Part shown: positions 57,002-64,000 of the stretch, in pieces | How the letters are laid out: every line of letters begins with the position of its first letter | Numbering within the stretch: the first letter of the stretch is position 1 | Source of the DNA: a bacterium | GTDB lineage: Bacteria > Electryoneota > JAOADG01 | Direction of reading: 5' to 3' | Length of the DNA: 64,000 nt | Assembly: GCA_026417415.1 (NCBI GenBank) | Contig: JAOADG010000024.1 | Span: 11,678-75,677, forward strand | The notes under the pieces: generated by a model | What the model was told of the DNA's origin: nothing | Database searches by the model: none | The model's input: the letters and a program-made list of their open reading frames with translations, nothing else | Made by a program: the position numbers and the translations under genes

Positions 57002-58264
57002 ATGCAAGTATTTAGTGAATTAAACCTCTCGATTCTTATTACTGCCTATTTAGCTGCTGCATCAGCCAGTTTATTGGGTGTACTCTTGGTGCTTAGAAAA
57101 CTATCGCTTATCGGGGATGCGATTTCACATGCGATCTTACCGGGTATTGTGCTTGCATTTCTTTTTTCCCAATCTAAAAATCCACAAGTTATGTTAATAG
57201 GTGCAGGAACTGTGGGCTTAATCACAACTTTGTTGATTGAATGGATCACCAAAGCAAAAATCGCAGAGGATTCATCTATAGGGATCGTTTTTACGGTACT
57301 ATTTGCGATTGGAGTAGTACTGATTTCTCTATTTAGCCGAAACATTGATTTAGATGCTGAATGTGTTTTATTTGGTGAATTATCATTAATTCCACTTCAA
57401 GAAGATTTCCCAGCAGGTTCAGGTATTCCAAGGTCCACTTTTACATTGAGCATTGTGTACTTGTTCAACATTCTACTCATTATACTTTTTTACAAAGAAT
57501 GGAAAATTTCTACATTTGATTCAACTTTAGCTGCCACTTTAGGTTTTTCTACAAACCTTTTCCATTATCTTTTAATGTCCGCAGTGTCTTTGACAACAGT
57601 TGCTGGGTTTGAAGCGACAGGGGCAATACTTATCGTTTCAATGTTTATCGGTCCTGCCTTAATTGCTTTGATAGCATTTCATAAGTTATCCCATGTTTTC
57701 ATCGCAAGTCAAATCATATCATTGTTTATTGCTTTATTCGGTTACATTTCTGCGAAATTGTTAGACAGCAGTATTGCAGGTGCAATGACCACCATTACTG
57801 GTTTAATGTTCGCAGGCGTCATCTTCTTGTCACCTCATTCTGGTTTATTGATACAATGGATTGAAAAAAGAAAACTGGAAAAACGAATTGCATTAGAAGA
57901 TTTACTGGGTTTGATGTACCGACTTGAAGAAAAAAATGCGTCCACATACGGCTTAGCATTAAATAAAAAGCTAATTAAGAGAGCATTATCTCAAAAGTTT
58001 ATTACTCCTTCTGAATACGGTTACCAATTATCCAAGAAAGGGCGACAAGTAGCCGCTAATGTAATACGATCTCACCGTTTATGGGAAAGTTATTTAGAAC
58101 AAGAACTTCAATTGCCACCCGATCATACTCATCAATCAGCAGATATCGTGGAGCATTTTCTTAGTCCTCAGGAACGCGAAAACTTATCCAATGTATTAAA
58201 AGATAGAAATCTAGATCCGCAAGGAAAACCAATTCCAAAGGAAGCTTCAGACCTTAACGGTTGA
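57002..58264 (+). CDS. ABC-3 family metal-transporter permease fused to C-terminal DtxR/MntR-family metalloregulator domain
   Basis: N-terminal 290 aa has ABC-3 permease hallmarks (GDAISHAILPG, 8-9 TM). C-terminal 130 aa has DtxR HTH and metal/dimerisation motifs (RSHRLWESYL, HTHQSADIVEHFLSP, DPQGKPIP). Confidence 0.75.
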   Translation: MQVFSELNLSILITAYLAAASASLLGVLLVLRKLSLIGDAISHAILPGIVLAFLFSQSKNPQVMLIGAGTVGLITTLLIEWITKAKIAEDSSIGIVFTVLFAIGVVLISLFSRNIDLDAECVLFGELSLIPLQEDFPAGSGIPRSTFTLSIVYLFNILLIILFYKEWKISTFDSTLAATLGFSTNLFHYLLMSAVSLTTVAGFEATGAILIVSMFIGPALIALIAFHKLSHVFIASQIISLFIALFGYISAKLLDSSIAGAMTTITGLMFAGVIFLSPHSGLLIQWIEKRKLEKRIALEDLLGLMYRLEEKNASTYGLALNKKLIKRALSQKFITPSEYGYQLSKKGRQVAANVIRSHRLWESYLEQELQLPPDHTHQSADIVEHFLSPQERENLSNVLKDRNLDPQGKPIPKEASDLNG

Positions 58265-58444
58265 TGTTTTTCCATCGGATTGTTTTACAACAACTTTTTC
58301 AAATCCTTTCTCTTTAGAAAGCGCAATGGCTTTAGCAATCGCTTCATCTTGTGTTTTACATTTTGCACTGGCACAGCGTGCCCCTTCTAATTTGACTACC
58401 CATTCATTTGCTTTTTTAGCTTCTACCAAATAATAATCGGCCAT
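58247..58444 (-). CDS. DUF2188-family small protein
   Basis: 65 aa; YYLVEAKKANEWVVKLEGA...DEAIAKAIALSKEKG resembles DUF2188. Confidence 0.5.
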   Translation of the reverse strand: MADYYLVEAKKANEWVVKLEGARCASAKCKTQDEAIAKAIALSKEKGFEKVVVKQSDGKTSTVKV

Positions 58445-58453
58445 TTGAATCTC

Positions 58454-59887
58454 CTATGAATCAAGTTTATCTAATGAAACTGCAATAGCATCAATTAAAT
58501 GGGAAGGAAATACCTCTCCTGCCTCTAAAATTGAGCGATGTTCTAAAAGCAATTGACTAACAGAATGAAATGATTGAGGAATTGGGATTGAATGGCTTTC
58601 ATTGGTCTTAACTTCAGCAGAGGTTGTTGTTATCCAATGATCTAAATCAGAATTTTTTGAATTCCAACAAATACTTTGTGCAATCGCAGCAAGCAACAAT
58701 TGTTGATGGCTTGAACCATCAGACAAACGGTATTCAATGGTCTCTTGCGTCACTGCTTTTCCTTCTGAATCATAAGCAACGATTGGAATCCGTACCAGTG
58801 CTTTTCTATTGTATTGACCCCATGTGACTGTATTCGGAGCTTCTTTTGCCTGTTGTAATCGTATGAAACTAGTACGATCACGATTTCCAAATGCCATTAA
58901 AACACTTCCCATTTGAACCAAACCGCCTATAATCCATTTCGATTCTTCAGTAAGATTCTTGTTTTGTCTAAACACAGGAAGATGTTGTCCATTTCTAACT
59001 GCAGACAAATGAAAATGCATTCCTGAACCCGCATGACCACGCTTGATTACAGGAGAAAAACTACACCACATCCCATAACGATGGGCTAAATTTCGCAAGA
59101 CCCACTGTGCTAATATAGCATCTTCAGCGGACTTTGAAATGGGTTGGAGTGCGAGTTCTACTTCGTGTTGTTCCCAAACTCGATCATCATGTTCATCAGC
59201 GGTAATGTATCCAACCTCACTATGACCATATTTTGTACACACACCCATTTCAGACAGGAGGAAAAGTGCTTCTCTACGTAAATTTTCGCCAAAGACAAAG
59301 GGAGAGGTAGAATGATAGCCACGTTCATTTCTACCATAATCATCATACTGTTCTGGTTTTTTGCCGAGGTAATACTCTAATTCTGCAAGTGAATACAATT
59401 GAAGACCTGTTTCACGATACAATCGCTCTTCTGCTTTTTGTAAAATGGTTGTTGGGGATTCGGGAAGCGGTTTTCCATCACGACCATAATGTGAACACAT
59501 GACACAAAGTGTTGGAATGGGAGAGAAGGGATCTAGAAATGCGGTATCAATGCGTGGACGTAGGACTATATCCGATTGTCCTGCTTGTATTCCCATTCCT
59601 GTAAAAATGCTGGAACCATCTGCCCGTTCACCAGCAAGTAAAATATTTTCTAAATGGTGATGGTCACGTGGCGCAAAATCCAATGTTTTAAGCCACCCAT
59701 CACCGCCAATGTGCAATAAGGACACCAATCGTATTTTAGAATTCAGAAAAAAACGAATGATATCCTCAAGTGTCCAATCTTTACGATCTTTTTGAATGGT
59801 GCGAACCAAATCATCAGAAGGAAGACCGTTAATAAGGTTAGATTGGGTAGGATTCGTAGATATAGATATTTGTCCAATCTTAAACAT
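58454..59887 (-). CDS. glutamine synthetase family protein (divergent GlnA-like catalytic domain)
   Basis: GS catalytic motif HAGSGMHFHLS and overall ~470 aa length. N-terminus atypical. Confidence 0.55.
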   Translation of the reverse strand: MFKIGQISISTNPTQSNLINGLPSDDLVRTIQKDRKDWTLEDIIRFFLNSKIRLVSLLHIGGDGWLKTLDFAPRDHHHLENILLAGERADGSSIFTGMGIQAGQSDIVLRPRIDTAFLDPFSPIPTLCVMCSHYGRDGKPLPESPTTILQKAEERLYRETGLQLYSLAELEYYLGKKPEQYDDYGRNERGYHSTSPFVFGENLRREALFLLSEMGVCTKYGHSEVGYITADEHDDRVWEQHEVELALQPISKSAEDAILAQWVLRNLAHRYGMWCSFSPVIKRGHAGSGMHFHLSAVRNGQHLPVFRQNKNLTEESKWIIGGLVQMGSVLMAFGNRDRTSFIRLQQAKEAPNTVTWGQYNRKALVRIPIVAYDSEGKAVTQETIEYRLSDGSSHQQLLLAAIAQSICWNSKNSDLDHWITTTSAEVKTNESHSIPIPQSFHSVSQLLLEHRSILEAGEVFPSHLIDAIAVSLDKLDS

Positions 59888-60030
59888 GAATTACCTCTGT
59901 ACATTAGAAAGGATGAAATAGAAGATAAAAATTGCGGTTTTGATCAAGTCCAATTTGTTTGTGAAAAATAATACATTTTTCTATAAAAGAAAAAAGGCGT
60001 ATTATTCTTAGGTTATAGGAAATCAATAGT

Positions 60031-60459
60031 ATGGGTTTATTTGATACCTTAAGAACTACAAGTCAGCATTCTCAAGATTTTACGCCTGAGGATTTGGCTT
60101 TACTTGAGAAGTTAGCAGATAAAATTGTAAAACGTAGAATGAGCGTCCCAGCAATCATGTTTTTTGAATCCGTAAAACCGATGAATTTTGTTGGTGCGCA
60201 GGTCATGATTTTTTTACAACCGTTCGTCACAGCATTTTTTACGTTACCAGAATACGATCGTTTAAGAGAACTGTTAGAAAGAAGAGAAACCCTTTACAAA
60301 TTCGTTGAAATTTTAGAAAAAAAGGAAGACGATTTTTTATCCATTGAAAAAGAAATGAAAAAGCAGAGAAAATTAGAAAAAGAAAAACAGAAATCAAAAA
60401 AATCAAGTAAAAAGTGGTGGAAATGGTGGACTAAAAAAGATGATAACCAGGATAGTTGA
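60031..60459 (+). CDS. hypothetical protein with Lys-rich C-terminal tail
   Basis: ATG start; hydrophobic central segment; KKQRKLEKEKQKSKKSSKKWWKWW tail. Confidence 0.4.
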   Translation: MGLFDTLRTTSQHSQDFTPEDLALLEKLADKIVKRRMSVPAIMFFESVKPMNFVGAQVMIFLQPFVTAFFTLPEYDRLRELLERRETLYKFVEILEKKEDDFLSIEKEMKKQRKLEKEKQKSKKSSKKWWKWWTKKDDNQDS

Positions 60460-61711
60460 TGCTACTATAGTTACTCAAAATAGCAAACGTGAAGTAATTC
60501 AGGGTGAACTCATATTTGAAAATGATCGCATTATCCAAATCATTCACTACAATCAACGAAATGAACCGCCTAAAGTTGAAATCAACGCTCCAGATGTACG
60601 AGTGATTTCTGCAAAAAATCAAATTTTGTTACCCGGTTTTATACAAACTCATGTACACTTATGTCAGACCTCATTAAGAAATTTGGCAGACGATTTAGAA
60701 TTGCTGGATTGGTTAAGGAAGGTGGTTTTTATTGGTGAAGCAAATCATACTTATGAATCGCTTTACCATACTGCACTTTTATCTATCCAAGAATTGCTTC
60801 AAGGAGGTACTACTACAGTTTTAACCATTGAAACAGTTCAAAACACCGAAGCAATTATCAAAGCCGTTCAAGATAGCGGTATCCGTGCAATTGTTGGAAA
60901 AGCGCTTATGGATCGAGATATTGGTCAACCCAAAGCGTTGTTACAAACCACAGAAGAGGCACTATTAGAGGCAGATACTTTATTTAATAAATACCATGAT
61001 GCAGACCATCAACGTATAAAAATATGTTATGCACCCCGATTTGTTCCCTCTTGTACTGAAAAATTGTTAGTGGGAGTAAGAGAGAGAGCAAAAGAGAGAA
61101 GAGCAATTGTTCACACTCACGCAAGTGAAAACAAAAACGAAGTTGCTTTAGTTCAAAAAATCACTGGTAAAGGGAACATAGAATACTTAGATACGATCCG
61201 TCTTCTCACACCAAATACTGCGGTCGCACATTGTGTTCATACAGATAAACAAGATTGGAACAGGTTGGCGGATAATGATGCAAAAGTACTTCATTGTCCT
61301 TCCTCCAACTTAAAATTAGGTTCTGGGTTTGCACCTATTTACGAAATGAAAGAAAGAGGGATCACCATAGGATTAGGAGCAGACGGTGCTCCTTGTAATA
61401 ACAATTTAGATGCTCTTTTAGAAGCACGATTGTATTCATTGCTACAAACTGGACGATTAGGAGTTGGAAAAATTACAGCTCAAGACGCACTTGATGCCAT
61501 TACCATTGAAGGTGCAAAAGTAATCGGTTTAGAAAACGATATTGGTTCCCTTGAAGTTGGAAAAAAAGCAGATCTTATCTTGATCTCGACGGATAAAGTG
61601 CATTGTCAGGGTGGAGACAATCCAATCTCAAAAGTCATTTACTCGTGCCGTTCTTCGGATGTGGAAATGGTATGGGTGGATGGTAAACTATTGTTTAACA
61701 GAAGGAACTAA
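60440..61711 (+). CDS. amidohydrolase-family deaminase (MTA/SAH or guanine deaminase-like)
   Basis: Metal-binding HVHLCQT; GADGA and C-terminal D motifs of the amidohydrolase superfamily. Confidence 0.7.
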   Translation: MITRIVDATIVTQNSKREVIQGELIFENDRIIQIIHYNQRNEPPKVEINAPDVRVISAKNQILLPGFIQTHVHLCQTSLRNLADDLELLDWLRKVVFIGEANHTYESLYHTALLSIQELLQGGTTTVLTIETVQNTEAIIKAVQDSGIRAIVGKALMDRDIGQPKALLQTTEEALLEADTLFNKYHDADHQRIKICYAPRFVPSCTEKLLVGVRERAKERRAIVHTHASENKNEVALVQKITGKGNIEYLDTIRLLTPNTAVAHCVHTDKQDWNRLADNDAKVLHCPSSNLKLGSGFAPIYEMKERGITIGLGADGAPCNNNLDALLEARLYSLLQTGRLGVGKITAQDALDAITIEGAKVIGLENDIGSLEVGKKADLILISTDKVHCQGGDNPISKVIYSCRSSDVEMVWVDGKLLFNRRN

Positions 61712-63321
61712 AACAAATTCATTGATCCGTTTACTAAAACAGTATCGTAAAGAAACGCTTCGGATGGTTCCGGATAATCCGTACGATAATGTAAACCTCT
61801 TGATTCTTTTCTACGCTCTGCACATTCTACAACCAACATGGCTACCAAAGCAATATTCCGCAACTCCAAAAGTGGAAGTGTGACAGTTGTTCTACGCCAG
61901 AATTCTTCAATCTCATTCCAAAGTAGCGATAATCTTCGCTTTGCTCTTTCTAATCGTAATCCACTGCGAACTATTCCAACATAATCAGCCATTAGATCAC
62001 GGATCTCATCGCGATCATGGGAAATTAAGACCCATTCTTCTGGATCCATAGTGCCTTGTGCATTCCATTCGGGTATATCATCACAAATTGAAAATGTTTT
62101 CATCATTTCTGAGGAGTGAACTGCTGCAGTATGAGCAAAAACCAGTGCTTCAAGCAAACTATTTGAGGCCAGACGATTAGCACCATGTACACCTGTCATT
62201 GCAACTTCACCAATTGCGTATAATCCATCAATGCTTGTTCTTCCTACCAAATCTGTTACAACACCACCACACATATAATGAGCAGCAGGTACTACAGGAA
62301 TACGATTTTTTGTAATGTCAAGGCCGTAGCGTAATAAGGTTTCGTAAATTTTCGGGAAACGTTCTCGTGTTTCTGGAGCAGGCATATGAGTGACATCCAA
62401 CTCGACGTATGGATCGCCGCGTAATTTCATTTCTGCATCAATGGCACGTGCAACGACATCTCGAGTGGCTAATTCTGCATCAGGATGATACTTCAGCATA
62501 AAGCGTTCACCTGAAAGATTGTATAACTTAGCACCATAACCACGTAGTGCTTCAGATATTAGAAAAGGTGGGGCTAAATGGTGATGTAAGGTAGTTGGAT
62601 GAAATTGCATAAATTCTAAATTGGCTAATTTTGCACCGGCTCTTGCGGCTGAAGCCAAACCATCCCCGGTAGCAATGTCGGGGTTCGTTGTATGTCGCCA
62701 AACTTGTCCACATCCTCCTGTAGCCAAAACTGTAATTCGCGATAAAAACCGTTGGACCGTATTGGTCGCAGTGTTCAAGATATATGCACCATAACAAACT
62801 TTTGAAGGTTCATGTCTATGTTCAAGGTGATGGTCAGTAATTAAATCAACCAATGCATGATGTTCATAAACATCAATGTATGGATTATTTCTAACACGAT
62901 TCACTAAGGTCTGTTCAATTTCTTGACCAGTAGAATCATAGTGATGAACGATACGATTGGTTCTATGACCGCCTTCTCGATGCAAAGATAAAACCAATTT
63001 GCCATCTTGATAGGTAGTAGTAAAATGAACTCCCCATTCTCGTAACTGCTCAATTCTACCTGCACCTTCAAAAACCAACAGTTCAACCGCTTCACGATGG
63101 CACAAACCCTGTCCTGCTTTTAATGTATCTTCTATATGCCATTCCAATCGATCGCGTGTTTGATCAACAACTGCTGCAATACCTCCTTGTGCATAATTGG
63201 TATTCGATTCGGTATGGTTCTTTTTTGTTACGATTGCCACACTTCCATGTCTAGAAACTTCCAAAGCATAGGATAGTCCAGCAATACCGCTACCAATCAC
63301 TAAAAAGTCGTAAATTTTCAA
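61708..63321 (-). CDS. nadB: L-aspartate oxidase (TTG start)
   Basis: FAD dinucleotide fold DFLVIGSGIAGLS; succinate-dehydrogenase/fumarate-reductase flavoprotein family; 537 aa. Confidence 0.85.
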   Translation of the reverse strand: MKIYDFLVIGSGIAGLSYALEVSRHGSVAIVTKKNHTESNTNYAQGGIAAVVDQTRDRLEWHIEDTLKAGQGLCHREAVELLVFEGAGRIEQLREWGVHFTTTYQDGKLVLSLHREGGHRTNRIVHHYDSTGQEIEQTLVNRVRNNPYIDVYEHHALVDLITDHHLEHRHEPSKVCYGAYILNTATNTVQRFLSRITVLATGGCGQVWRHTTNPDIATGDGLASAARAGAKLANLEFMQFHPTTLHHHLAPPFLISEALRGYGAKLYNLSGERFMLKYHPDAELATRDVVARAIDAEMKLRGDPYVELDVTHMPAPETRERFPKIYETLLRYGLDITKNRIPVVPAAHYMCGGVVTDLVGRTSIDGLYAIGEVAMTGVHGANRLASNSLLEALVFAHTAAVHSSEMMKTFSICDDIPEWNAQGTMDPEEWVLISHDRDEIRDLMADYVGIVRSGLRLERAKRRLSLLWNEIEEFWRRTTVTLPLLELRNIALVAMLVVECAERRKESRGLHYRTDYPEPSEAFLYDTVLVNGSMNLF

Positions 63322-63423
63322 ATTGGTGTTACCTCGTGTGTTTTAAGAAAATACGGATTCTTAAAATACTAAAAATAGTTTAACAAAATGAATTCTTGTA
63401 TATTATTCTACAAACACAATTGA

Positions 63424-64000
63424 ATGATAGAAATGATTCAAAATACGTTTGTGCATATTCCCGGAATTTCTAAAGTTCGTGAAAATTTGATTTGGGAAAA
63501 TCAAATCTATACTTGGAATCAGTTTAAGTGCAGCACGAAACAAATTTTAGGTCCTAAACTTACACAAGTGGTACATGGGTATCTTGCTGAATCATTTACC
63601 AGTTTTCAAGCAAATGATTTTTACTATTTTTATTCAAAATTGCCGTCAAATGAATCTTGGAGATTATTTCCTCATATCCAATCAAATGTTGCTTATATAG
63701 ATATTGAAACCACAGGACATCTCAACATCGGAAACCATATAACAACCATTTGCTTGTATGATGGAACCAATTTGTATTCTTATGTACGTGGTGAGAATCT
63801 TTATCAATTTTGTAAAGACATTACCCACTATCAAACCATAGTTACTTACAATGGGAAGTCCTTTGATGTACCTTTTATTGAACATGAATTTCAAATGAAA
63901 ATCAAGGCGATTCATCTGGATGTGATGCACTTTTTACGAGCACTTGGTATTCGTGGAGGACTTAAAAATTGTGAAAAGCAATTAGGCATTCATCGAGGGG
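63424..64000 (+). CDS. RNase H-like (YprB-type) predicted exonuclease, 3'-partial
   Basis: Hand translation from ATG 63424 gives ...AYIDIETTGHLN...IVTYNGKSFDVPFI..., a DEDD/RNase-H-like 3'-5' exonuclease pattern. Runs off the window end, so it is absent from the ORF track. Confidence 0.5.
   Translation, partial: MIEMIQNTFVHIPGISKVRENLIWENQIYTWNQFKCSTKQILGPKLTQVVHGYLAESFTSFQANDFYYFYSKLPSNESWRLFPHIQSNVAYIDIETTGHLNIGNHITTICLYDGTNLYSYVRGENLYQFCKDITHYQTIVTYNGKSFDVPFIEHEFQMKIKAIHLDVMHFLRALGIRGGLKNCEKQLGIHRG

Noticed and set aside
63682-63930. 82-aa minus-strand ORF
   Set aside because: Lies antisense inside the hand-translated RNase H-like gene that runs off the window end. No start context.
1-64000. 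CRISPR arrays, IS elements, prophage
   Set aside because: No direct-repeat/spacer periodicity, transposase or integrase motifs, or terminal inverted repeats were seen in any frame.

Overview
This is a compact, AT-rich bacterial chromosomal window, roughly 90% coding, with no recognizable mobile element, CRISPR array or prophage. Two cargo proteins ending in CxPNPFN-type type IX secretion (T9SS) C-terminal sorting domains, a GH9 lipoprotein and a riboswitch-controlled TonB-dependent receptor point to a Bacteroidota/FCB-group-like lineage.

Housekeeping genes recognised from motifs: cyclophilin PPIase, TrmH/SpoU methyltransferase, TsaC/Sua5, ThyX, PolA, tRNA-Ser(CGA) on the minus strand, NADP-malic enzyme (MaeB), Obg, DprA, S41 C-terminal protease, DsbD-TrxA-TlpA, TrkH, leucyl aminopeptidase (M17), TrxB, endonuclease III, tandem universal stress protein (UspA), an SDR, a glutamine-synthetase-family protein, an amidohydrolase, and NadB.

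Features that stand out:
1. A clear TPP (THI-box) riboswitch with a terminator expression platform sits in front of a TonB-dependent receptor.
2. A five-gene minus-strand module (10253-17340) encodes a T9SS beta-helix protein, a lipoprotein, a GAF-sigma54 enhancer-binding protein, a Hanks-type Ser/Thr kinase with a PEGA ectodomain, and a polytopic membrane protein. The kinase start overlaps the regulator's stop.
3. An orphan DUF4433/DarT-like ADP-ribosyltransferase candidate (41044-41757) has no DarG partner.
4. An ABC-3 metal-transporter permease is fused to a complete DtxR/MntR-type repressor domain (57002-58264), with no ATPase or binding-protein gene nearby.
5. An ImmA/IrrE-type HEXXH peptidase is translationally coupled to an alpha/beta-hydrolase-fold protein whose nucleophile Ser and HG motif are both replaced. 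It lies next to an SDR and has no HTH partner.
6. A putative glycan-modification locus spans 25608-33672: a GH9 lipoprotein, a second lipoprotein and two SAM methyltransferases on one strand, divergent from a CapD/PglF-like dehydratase and a DUF2723 GT-C-like protein with TPR repeats.

Several ORF-track starts were revised, either because they were TTG/GTG extensions or because they overlapped terminators (1..845, 10253..11725, 25144..25512, 25608..27254, 34677..35774, 38199..40082, 41044..41757, 43351..45018, 44993..46183, 53195..53902, 53933..54826, 55544..56158). Everything is inferred by eye from motifs; no database search was run.
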